Positions 40,555 through 50,821 of a stretch of DNA of 64,000 bases are shown here, piece after piece. A model generated the notes under the pieces. The model did no database searches. It was not told where the DNA came from and saw nothing but the letters and a program-made list of their open reading frames with translations. Positions within the stretch are counted from its first letter, which is position 1. Every line of letters begins with the position of its first letter. The DNA is taken from assembly GCF_006345805.1 (NCBI RefSeq), contig NC_043000.1:1-64000 (forward strand), given 5' to 3'. The position numbers and the translations under genes are program-made. Origin of the DNA: Octopus sinensis (taxonomy: Eukaryota).

Positions 40555-42024
40555 TATATATCGCAAGGCATTTTGCTCTGTTCTCAACAAATTCTGCCAT
40601 TCTTTGCGCTGAACTAAGGCGTCGAACTTCCGCAATTGCTGGCACGTCGGACAAAATTCTTAACAGTATTTCTTCCGGCTCTTTAAGTTCTGATTTCAAA
40701 TCCTACCGGAGTTAAGTTTGTCTTTCATCTCTACCAGGCCCATTAGATACAGTACCAGTCAAATACTGAGGTCAATGTAATCAACTTGTTCCCTCCCGTC
40801 AAAAATTGCTGACATTGAACCCTGCAACGGAGCGGCGTCCGGTTTAGGGGCATGTTGTGATCTCGGTAACTTATACTCGATGGAAACTGGATGACCACCG
40901 TTACAAGTCCTAGGACTCGAGAAAAATAATATATACCGATCTAACAGACGATAATTTATTAATCCGATAATCTTTGATGGTATTATGTTCTGTGATCCTG
41001 TGTTCTGTTCGCAATTACAGTAGATATTAAAACCAAAAAAGAAAAAAAGAATTGAAATGCTTCATAAAAGTCAATTCAAAATATGATAATAATTGAATAT
41101 CAGGTTTTAAAAAATAATGAATTTTAAAGACCAGTTCACTTGATTTATTGATTTCAATTGAAGAAAATAATGAGATGATCTTGTTGAAAATTGAACTTAG
41201 GATATATTATAGATAGCCATCTTACACACCTGGACTAATTGAATTCATTGTTTTACATGCTTAGACATTTTCATTGTCCTCGTAAGTTGTATTAATAGCT
41301 GTGTGACATTTATGATAGTCTCAGGTAAGTGTAAATACTGGGACAATGTCAGACTACCAGATAAGGAGACAATATTATCAGAAGCTGGAGTTTAGACCAT
41401 ACGCTAATGAAAACAATTATGAACACAATTGTTAATTATATTTTTTTCTAATGTTTTTATTTTCGTAATTATTATTCTGGGGTGATGGTCATAGAACTGA
41501 AAATAGAATTCAAATTCTTACTGCTTGTATCAGAGTCCAAACCAAGTGGACAGCCTGGATCGATAGTTATTGTTGACAAACAACGGCAGTAATTTTATTC
41601 AGCCGAATACACGTCATTGATTGGTTGAAATTACTGAAATACGACAATTTAAAACGAAATAACTTCGTAAACATAAACTTTTCTCAAAAACGCTAAGAGT
41701 AAACGACATTTTATATTACACATTCTAACAGTACACGAAGTTTGAAAGTGTTTAGTTACAAAAAATTATTTTCTAAATCTGCCGGTCAAAAGTTAAAGAT
41801 CCGAAAACCCAAGCTCAACCCTTTTAGAGGCACATGAAGTTATAGTATGTTTCAAATTATATTTGGTAGTTTTGTCGATGCAAACGATCAGTAGTTTCTT
41901 CAGATTATTCTTTCATCCTAAGAGAACACGAGGCGCTTTAATAGAAACCCATTCCAGCTCGTGTCACCACATTTTAGATAAGGCGGGTTTAATTGTATAA
42001 AGTATAAGGTTGTCGACTTTGAGG

Positions 42025-42063
42025 ATACTAGCTACGGCGGCACATATTCTAAAATTGGAACGA
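42025..42063 (+). pseudogene. U6: 3'-truncated U6 snRNA retrocopy
   Basis: atactagctacggcggcacatattctaaaattggaacga matches U6 nt 1-39 (GTGCTCGCTTCGGCAGCACATATACTAAAATTGGAACGA, recalled sequence) at 33/39. Flanked by the direct repeat cgactttgaggata (42014-42027, 42061-42074). Confidence 0.8.
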
Positions 42064-42537
42064 CTTTGAGGATAACACTGTCTTGATAACATCATGGTAT
42101 GAAGCATAAAAACTTTTAACTGAGGTTTGCCTCTTTGTTGCATGTGTGTATGTGTGCTCTATAACCGATGCATCACGAATGTGAATCTAGAGTTATGTAT
42201 TACAAGTAAGAACAATTTATATCTGAATTCGTATTTGTGAGGCATAATAAATAGAATACCTATATATTCTTCGATGTTTCTGTATTTGCATTCAAAATAT
42301 AAACAAGCTAACTTTCTCACACGTAAGACAAAAATATATAATTTGAATGGTTGAAAGAGAGTGAGTCACTTTGCTGTAATGGTATCACAATAGTTGAGGT
42401 TACAGTAGATACGTGATTCAAATTCGCTAGCGGCTTTCTGCCTCGTTTTCGTCCTTATTTACATATTTCTCGAAGTTTTTACATTTATTTCCAAATGTAA
42501 ACAATTCTGAGTGTTTATATTGTTATATTAAATATCA

Positions 42538-42840
42538 ATGGCTCTGTGGTTAGAGCATCAGCCTCACAATCATGAGGTCGTGAGTTCGATTCCTGGATTG
42601 GGCTGTGTGTTACGTTCTTGAGTAAGGCACTTTATTTTACTTTGATCCAGTTCACTCAGTGCCAAGCTGTATCGGCCCCTTTGCCTTTCCCTTCGATAAC
42701 ATCGGTGATGTGGAGAGGGCAGGTTGGTATGCTTGGGCGACTGCTCGTCTTCCATAAACAACCTTGTCCGGACCTGTGCCTTGGAGGGGAACTTTCTAGG
42801 TGCAATCCCTTGGTCGTTCATAACCGAAGAGGGTCTTTAC
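42538..42840 (+). mobile_element. tRNA-headed SINE, family D
   Basis: tggctctgtggttagagc (A-box), gagttcgattcc (B-box), then a gttcttgagtaaggcacttta core-like segment. Confidence 0.75.
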
Positions 42841-43171
42841 ATTTTTATCCTTTATCAATGTAAACCTAAATGATACGTACAAATTACAGTCAAAAACCAA
42901 ATAACTCATTGCAGTTTGAACCTATTCTTCCTATATGATGCCATAGCCTTTTGACAACCATGTTGTGTAAATTCGCCGGCAACATAACTTGATGTAAATA
43001 AAAGCTATGATAGTAGTTTTACATCTCTCCTCGTATTAATTGACCATTACTATATTTTAGCGACCTAAAATATATCAAATTCAAATTTAAATTTAGGTTA
43101 CAATTAACCTGAGAAAATATCGAAAGACATTTTTTTCTGTCACTCAAATGATTAAGCCAAAATACCTGCTT

Positions 43172-43204
<33 letters not shown>

Positions 43205-43205
<1 letters not shown>

Positions 43206-43680
43206 GTATAAAAGATGGGCTACAGCAAATATTCTGTTCAATACCACAGATTTGCTTGTCAGTTGTTTGACCTTAACCAGTTGACCATGTCCCTTAGTGG
43301 CTGACAATACGTGCATCTCTGATCACGAGCAGAAGTAGTGGGGGAGCATCACAGCCATGTGTTGAGAGGGATTCTTTGGGGTTTGAATAATTCACCTCTG
43401 GAAACATAGGTGTTTCGTTCAACATCCTAAAGCAACCCTTATTCAGGGACCTTTTGAGCAGGATGGGCTACTCGACCTGAAGAAAATTCTTACTGGGCCC
43501 CACCTGCAAGGTCATGTGCTGTTTATCTTGATATGAGATCACCATGTCGCGCACATATGTTTGTGATGCATGTACCTGATGTACCCTTATCAGACGGGTA
43601 GTCATGATGGGTATGCTGGGCTTCGTATATTTTACCCCAGTGTCACTTTGATGGCATGCACTGCTCTCTCACTCAATAAT
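43205..43680. mobile_element. Probable interspersed retroelement fragment flanked by (AAT)n on both sides
   Basis: A GC-richer block bounded by (aat)n runs. The family is not identified. Confidence 0.4.
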
Positions 43681-44186
43681 AATAATAATTAATAATCCGG
43701 CGGACTAACAATTCTGCCAATTGACCGTCTTAGTAATGATGATGATGATAATTTATACTATAGGCATAAGTCCTGAAATTTTGTGGGAGCAGGTTAGTAT
43801 ACAAAATCGATTCCAGTACATGATTTGTACTTATTTCATCGATCGAATTGGTGAATTATTTCACCTTTCACCTTAAAAGGTAGATAGGGCTAGAGAGAAA
43901 ATGCCTGACTGAAAATGTTTGAAAATCGATGGAAGAATGTAGCACGGATGTTGCGCGTAAATGTAACCTCATGAATGCGACGCAGGACGTATCTCAGGTA
44001 TCAGTGGCGAGGCGGGGCACGTGGGGTGCGAATTTAACCTGCCTCCCCACTCCATCCGTAATGTCTTCCGGTCTAGCCCATCATTCGATTTATTTATATT
44101 TTGTGAATTTTTAATTTCATCTTAATGTAATACCCATTCGTCCATCTGACCCCAAATACATTGTGTTGTCCTTTATCTATGTCGGT

Positions 44187-44420
44187 GGAGGCGCGTGGCT
44201 TAGTGGTTAGGGTGTCAGCACCATGATCGTAAGATTGTGGTTTCGATTCCTGGACCGGGCGACGCGCTGTGTTCTTGAGCAAAACACTTCATTTCACGTT
44301 GCTCCAGTCCACTCAGCTGGCAAAAATGAGTAACGCTGAGATGGAGTGGCGTCCCATCCAGCTGGGGTACACATACGCCATAGAAACCGGGAAACCGGGC
44401 CCATGGGCCTGGCTAGGCTT
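44187..44420 (+). mobile_element. tRNA-headed SINE
   Basis: ggaggcgcgtggcttagtggttagg…gtttcgattcctgg. Homolog at 16720-16965. Confidence 0.8.
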
Positions 44421-44766
44421 TAAAAGGACGCCATTTATTTATTATTATTTATCATCTATGTTGTGCCCTTGTGGGAAATAAAAAAAAACCTTTAACTTAT
44501 TTCATCGATCGCCGAAAAGATGAGAGACGAAGTCGATCTCATACATTTTTCTGCTACTATCAATCCACACTCGGCTAATATCCCGATGTACACAGTCAAA
44601 TTTACGCATACAATTTTTTTTCTTTCTGGCTTATTGCATTGACTTAAGAGACGATTACTACTTTCATCTATTTTTCTACTGGCTCTACGTTTACTCGCCG
44701 AATTTTACCTTTACTAAATATGCTCTAATAGCTTGTTCCCGAGAAGGTATAGTTAGCGATCCATAA

Positions 44767-45188
44767 GGCGGCGAGCTGGCAGAAACGTTAGCACGCCGGG
44801 CGAAATGCTTCGCAGTATTTCGTCTGCCGTTACGTTCTGAGTTCAAATTCCGCCGAGGTGGACTTTGCCTTTCAACCTTTCGGGGTCGATAAATTAAGGA
44901 CCAGTTACGCACTGGGGTCGATGTAATCGACTTAATACCTATGTCTGTCCTTGTTTGTTCCCTCTGTGTTTAGCCCCTTGTGGGTAATAAAGAAATAGGT
45001 ATTTCGTCTGCCGTTACGTTCTGAGTTCAAATTCCGCCGAGGTGGACTTTGCCTTTCAACCTTTCGGGGTCGATAAATTAAGGACCAGTTACGCACTGGG
45101 GTCGATATAATCGACTTAATCCGTTTGTCTGTCCTTGTTTGTTCCCTCTATGTGTTTAGCCCCTTGCGGGTAGTAACAGAAATAGGTA
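44767..45188 (+). mobile_element. SINE-A concatemer (full + headless unit)
   Basis: Junction aagaaatagg|tatttcgtctgccgttacg at ~44998. The two units share the variants gtggact, ttcaacc and aaggacc. Confidence 0.9.
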
Positions 45189-45189
45189 T

Positions 45190-45660
45190 AGTAAGCGATC
45201 CGATTTCTCGTTTCAGCTCTTCCTTCGCTAGCCACAATTTTTTTGATATCTCTTTTGACAGATAGCATTTTCTTTTCAACGCGCTCAACATAAATTTTGA
45301 AATTACCAAAATTGCTGTACTAATGGTTTTCTCTCCCTTTAACAATCTTCTAACCCTTCTTTTCTTCGATCTTTATGCTTGTCGATGTAAATTTTAGGGT
45401 TTCATGTGTTGTGCATTGTCATCCATTTGCTAGCCCTTCTATCTCATACATATAACTTTGGCTATCTTTAGAAAAACAGCAAGTACCTTAATACTAACAT
45501 AGACCATGTGTTCTTGCTTTGATAATGAGTCTTCCTTATAGTTTTCTTTCGAGAGTGTCCATAATCCTTCGCTTATACGCATAAGTAGTTTCCCTTTCAT
45601 TTCTTTTTGCATTATTCTATCATCCTGCGACACCCCTGGGTACTTGTCTCTGTTATTTTT
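45190..45660 (-). mobile_element. Decayed R4/Dong-type LINE fragment
   Basis: DKYPGVSQDDRIMQKEMK…; RSKKEG resemble YKYLG…/RLY..RKEGGRGL of the copy at 50822-52897. Confidence 0.55.
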
Positions 45661-45669
45661 TCTCAGCAA

Positions 45670-46470
45670 TACGGCGGCAAGCTGGCAGAATCGTTAGCAT
45701 GTCGGAAAAGATGCTTACCAGGATGTCATCCGTCTTTCTGTTCTGAGTTCAAATGCCGCTAGAGTCGACGTTGCCTTTTATCCTTTCAGGGTCGATAAAA
45801 TAAGTACCAGTTATGCACTCGGGTCGATATAATCGACTAATCCCCTACCCCAAAATTTCAGGCTTTGTACCTATAGTAGAAAGAATTGTTTCTCAGCAAT
45901 ACGGCAGCGAGCTGGCAGAATCGTTAGCACGTTTATAAAAACCTTCATCAGCATTTCATCTGTCTTTACGTTCTGAGTTCAAATGCCACCAGGGTCGACT
46001 TTGCTTTTCCACCTTTCGGGATCGATCAAGTACCAATTGAGCACTGGGGTCGATTTAAATGACTTAGACACCTTCCTCCGAAATTGCCGGTCTTGGGCCA
46101 AAATTTGAAACCATTATATTTCAGAAATAAGGTGACAGGTGACCGTGATTGGATTTATCACTTATCCTTTCAGAGTCAATGAAACAAATACCTGTTGGGC
46201 ACTAGAGTCAATGCAATCAACAAGCCTCTACCCCTCAACATTTCAAGCCTTGTATCAGTAACAGAAAGGATTATTTCTCAGTGATCTAATAATACTATAA
46301 CTGATGATTTTAATCCATCAGATTAGAACTTTCAGCGACAAAACGCTTACTAGCATTTCTACCCGCTCCTTACGTTCTGAGTTCAAATCCTGCCTAGGTC
46401 AGTTTTGCATTTGATCCTTCCGGATTCGACAAAAGAGAGTACCAACCTCTCAGTAGGGTCAATGAAATTC
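45670..46470 (+). mobile_element. Run of diverged SINE-A-like copies
   Basis: ggcggcaagctggcagaatcgttagc heads at ~45673 and ~45903; a further fragment at ~46320. Confidence 0.75.
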
Positions 46471-46494
46471 AATGAAAACTCATATTTATATGTA

Positions 46495-46529
<35 letters not shown>

Positions 46530-46877
46530 ATGTATGTATGTGTGTATGTATGTATGTATGTATGTATGTATGTATGTATGTATGTATGTAGAGTGGCTAG
46601 ATTTGCGCGTCTGTATTTTTGTGTTTGTGTGTGTCGAGTGTTTGTGAAAAGAAATGTACTTACAGCAACAAGCAATGAATGCTACCAAAAAAAAAAACAC
46701 AAAAAACAAACTTAAAATTGTACTGTGTAAGCCGAACCTTCAGAGTTGATCCCATCGTTGTCAAGTATTCTTGTTATAATTCCCTAAGTTAGCTATAGAA
46801 ACAGGCTACCGCCGGCCTTATTTTTCATGGCAACTCAAGTATTTCAAATCGAAAGCCCATTTACCAGCCATTGCGTT

Positions 46878-46879
<2 letters not shown>

Positions 46880-46952
<73 letters not shown>

Positions 46953-47071
46953 TACTACTACCAGCCATTACGTTTACTACTACTACAACTACTACTAGTA
47001 CTACTACTACTATTATTATTATTATTATTATTATTATTACTACTACTACTACTACTACCAGCCATTACGTT

Positions 47072-47103
<32 letters not shown>

Positions 47104-47216
47104 TTGCTACTACTACTACTACTACTACTAATAATAATAATAATAATAATAATTAATAATAATAATACACCACCACTATTACAACCACCATCACCACCAC
47201 CATCACCAACACCACC

Positions 47217-47249
<33 letters not shown>

Positions 47250-47280
47250 ACTACTACTACTACTGCTACTACTACTAATC
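46880..47280. repeat. (TAC)n/(ATT)n/(AAT)n microsatellites with duplicated spacer ccagccattacgttt
   Basis: Seen directly. Confidence 0.9.
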
Positions 47281-47381
47281 TTGTGTCAGCGTTATTGCAA
47301 CAAACTTTACAATTCACAAATAACGGTCTTATAGCGTCTTGTTTAAATGTATTTGTGTGTGTTTGTATGCAGGTATGCTTA

Positions 47382-47545
47382 CTGGAAGGGGTGCTGAAAA
47401 TTTCCTGGCTTTAAGAAAAAAACTGAAGGGCCGCTGCAATAAGTGTGTGAATTTGAGAGGGGAAACATGTTGAATAAAATCATAAATAACTGTTCCTTCT
47501 GTATTTTCTTTTACCAAAAGTCAGGAACTTTTCAGCAAGTTCTCG
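47382..47545. mobile_element. Mariner-derived MITE, second copy
   Basis: Homologous to 40339-40554, with TA flanks. Confidence 0.75.
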
Positions 47546-47759
47546 TATGTGTTTGTGTGTGTGTGTTTGTGGGTATGTATGTGTGTGCATTTGTGTGTGT
47601 ATGTATCTGTGTGTGCGTGCACGCATGATTATATGCAGAGTTATATGCATATATATATATATATATATATATAAGGGTGGAAAGGAACACACGAGTTGAT
47701 ATATATGAAAAAACAAGTCAAAAATAGAAAATGCTAAAATAATTTTATAGTGAATCTTT

Positions 47760-47797
47760 CAGTACCGGTTTCGGTCATTTTGAGACCTTTTCAACTG
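47760..47797 (-). ncRNA. Minimal hammerhead ribozyme motif, mirror copy
   Basis: Exact reverse complement of 48064-48101. Confidence 0.65.
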
Positions 47798-48063
47798 TAA
47801 CGATTAAATAATTAAATTTAGAAAAATTAGAAGAAAAGTTTTTTTAAAAGAATATTTCTATAGTAGTGTTCAGATGTAAGTGGCATTCTGCCTTTCTCTG
47901 ACTCCCTTGTTTGCACTTGTGTGTTCGAGGTCGAACACACAACGTGCAAACAAGGGAGTCAGAGAAAGGCAGAATGCCACTTACATCTGAACACTACTAT
48001 AGAAATATTCTTTTAAAAAAAACTTTTCTTCTAATTTTTCTAAATTTAATTATTTAATCGTTA

Positions 48064-48101
48064 CAGTTGAAAAGGTCTCAAAATGACCGAAACCGGTACT
48101 G
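48064..48101 (+). ncRNA. Minimal type-I hammerhead ribozyme motif (U3-A8 variant)
   Basis: CAG-UUGAAAA-GGUC-UCAAAAU-GACC-GAAA-CCGG-UA/CUG: helix I CAG/CUG, helix II GGUC/GACC, palindromic helix III ACCGGU, GUA cleavage triplet. Confidence 0.65.
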
Positions 48102-48173
48102 AAAGATTCACTATAAAATTATCTTAGCATTTTCTATTTTAGACTTGTTTTTTCATATATATATATATATATA

Positions 48174-48568
48174 CTCTTTACTCTTTTACTTGTTTCAGTC
48201 ATTTAACTGTGGCCATGCTGGAGCACCGCCTTTAGTCGAGCAAATCGACCCCAGGACTTATTCTTTGTAAGCCTAGTACTTATTCTATCGGTCTCTTTTG
48301 CCGAACCGCTAAGTGACGGAGACGTAAACACACCAGCATCAGTTGTCAAGCGATGTTGGGGGACAAAGACACGCATAAACACACGCACACGCACACATCT
48401 ATACATATACATATATACGACGGGCTTCTTTTAGTTTCCGTCTACCAAATCCACTCACAAGGCTTTGGTCGACCCGAGGCTATAGCAGAAGACACTTGCT
48501 CAAGGTGCCACGCAGTGGGACTGAAGCCGGAACCATGTGGGTTGGTTAGCAAGCTACTTACCACACAG
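48174..48568 (-). mobile_element. SINE-B, near full length
   Basis: Reverse complement of 58277-58683. Confidence 0.9.
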
Positions 48569-48685
48569 GACATCACCAACGATTGAAAAATACGTAAACA
48601 CACGAGAGAAAGGTACGGGACAAAATACCGAGCGAAGATAACTCGCTCATCAGTTGTTGACTGTTTATTACTTCCATTTCATGCC

Positions 48686-48911
48686 TCTTTTGCTATTTTG
48701 TCCTGCACTTTTCTCTCGCGTATTTACATATATTTCACTCGTTGGTGATGTCTTGCACATAATGAGTATTTTTTTTTATTATTATTTATAATGGAACACC
48801 ACGTAGGCTTGTCCACAGTTAGTTGCCCTGGCCGATCTGTCTTAAATAAACTTAGTAAACCCATTCTATGATGGCGAGGAAGCTGAAACTTTGAAGTCAC
48901 TTTCAACTATT
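48686..48911. repeat. ~225-bp interspersed repeat, direct copy at 55389-55611
   Basis: Seen directly (tcttttgctattttgtcctgcac…gaagctgaaactttgaagtcact.tcaactatt). Confidence 0.9.
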
Positions 48912-49228
48912 TCCTTGTGAAAGAAAAACCTTGTGTTTAATGTTGGTTGTATATATAGTATCATATAAAAGCAGTTATTTATGCACACACACTAATATAT
49001 TCTTCTGAAAATCTGAAACATTGGACATTTTCCCAGCCCACAAAATTAGTATGATGCTGAGAGCCTGGTTTATTCAGTCTTGGCATCCTTACCTCTCATC
49101 TAACAGATACTCACAGGCAGTAAGAGTATTTTCTCGGGGTTACCTCTCTCTTATTCCGGATATGTTCCGAAATCTGCCAAACGCAGGCTGTCCGCCTAGG
49201 TATATGACCGTTACAGCTATAACCACAG

Positions 49229-49466
49229 AAGGCGGTGAGCTGGCAGAAACGTTAGCGCGCCGGGTGAAATGCTTAGCGGTATTTAGTCTGTCGTTACGTT
49301 CTGAGTTCAAATTCCGCCGAGGTCGACTTTGCTTTTCATCCTTTCGAGGTCGATAAATAAACTACCAGTTTCGCACTGGGGTCGATGTAATCGACTTAAT
49401 CCCTTTGTCTTTCCTTGTTTGTCCTCTGTGTTTAGCCCCTTGTGGGTAATAAAGAAATATATAGCC
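49229..49466 (+). mobile_element. SINE-A with TSD
   Basis: Direct repeat ataaccacag on both sides. Confidence 0.9.
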
Positions 49467-49981
49467 ATAACCACAGTAAATTGTTCTCCTTGAAACGTGC
49501 TGTAATAAAGGAGAATAGTTATATCGTTTGCAAGCTGTCTTCTAGCAAGCCAGCACTAACCAGACGTTTCGAGATTCCTGTGTCATTACAAGATAGCCTT
49601 TGGCACTATGTTGGATTCATTCAGACTTTCGACAAGTCTTTCATTTTGTTCTTATATCTTTTTTTATTATTTAAGCGATTATTTATTTCTTCGCTCCGCT
49701 CCTACTGAGTTTCTAGTAACCCTCATGGCAAGGGCAAAGCTCCTTGGGAGACGGATTTATCAACGATGAACTCGTCGTGTGACATGGTGTACTGGAATGC
49801 TTGCTATCAATAGAACTCGTGAGACACCCGGAATATATAAATATGTATGTATATATATATACATATATATATTAATGTGTATTTTGTAGAAAGATCGTGG
49901 GTAAAGCCAAAACAAAGCGAAGTAAATGCAACGTAAAGCACAAGAAAACGAATATGTGAATTAATGTAAACTCATGTTGTA

Positions 49982-50017
49982 TTCAATATTTCGGGGCTAT
50001 GATCCCATTTTCAAGAA
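49982..50017 (-). ncRNA. Minimal hammerhead-like motif (second U3-A8 family)
   Basis: UUC-UUGAAAA-UGGG-AUCAUAG-CCCC-GAAA-UA-UU/GAA: helix I UUC/GAA, palindromic AUAU helix III, one mismatch at the base of helix II. Confidence 0.5.
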
Positions 50018-50185
50018 ATTGACGAATGTTGCCGATGTGCGTGTGTGAGAGTGTGTGTGGAGCGGACATGCGCAGAAAGGTGTTGTTATAGCAACCAGCT
50101 AGCTTCCTGTAGCTCCTTTCTATTAATATGTATGTATATATACTTATATATACTTAATATTATTATTATTATTATCATTATTATT

Positions 50186-50217
<32 letters not shown>

Positions 50218-50224
50218 ATTATTA

Positions 50225-50745
50225 TTATTATTATTATTACTTTTTTGTTTCTTCTTTCAAATTTGCTTCCATTTCTTGCCGAGTGTCTTCCCGACTCCTA
50301 GGGCAAAGAAACTCATAGTATACATTGGTAGGCCATTAAACCAAACTCAATAGTTCGTTCATTTTTTTTTTTTTTAAGTTAAATTAAAATACATGAGCAG
50401 CAACAGTTCTCACATCGACAATGCTCTTCTCAATACGTGTGATGTACCAGTTAAGACAATCTTTTGCACTCTTGCAGGGATGGTAAGCCAGGGATCATTC
50501 TATATAATTTTCGGTTCCCTTCTTGATCATTCCTAGTGCTCCTACGATCACTGGTATTGTAACCGCCTTGAGATTCCACATTTTCTCAATTTCAATGAGT
50601 AGGTCTTTATATTTTCTGAGCTTGTCAAACTCTTTCGCTGAGATATTATGATCACAGGGGATGCTCATGTCGATCAATAAGCAAACTTTATTGTTTTGGT
50701 CTTTCACAACAATATCTGGTTTATTGGCCTTGATGGTTACATTTT
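50225..50745 (-). mobile_element. R4/Dong-type (RLE) LINE, 5'-truncated copy 2
   Basis: NKPDIVVKDQNNKVCLLIDMSIPCDHNISAKEFDKLRKYKDLLIEIEKMW…IPVIVGALG is the restriction-like endonuclease C-terminus. (TAA)n on both sides. Confidence 0.85.
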
Positions 50746-50821
50746 CTCCTTTTGTTATTATGTATTATTATTATTATTATTATTATTTTATTATATATTA
50801 TTATATATTATATTATTATTA

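Larger units (their letters stand above)
47699..48162. repeat. ~460-bp near-perfect palindrome (arms ~230 bp, 2-nt loop gg at 47929-47930); Penelope-like repeat
   Basis: Arm-by-arm reverse complementarity is seen directly. A single arm recurs at ~57105-57322. Confidence 0.95.

Noticed and set aside
49021-49228. LRR-like LIPDMFRNLPN in a 111-aa ORF
   Set aside because: The minus strand reads AFGRFRNI…, a decayed RTE segment, and the ORF runs into a SINE.
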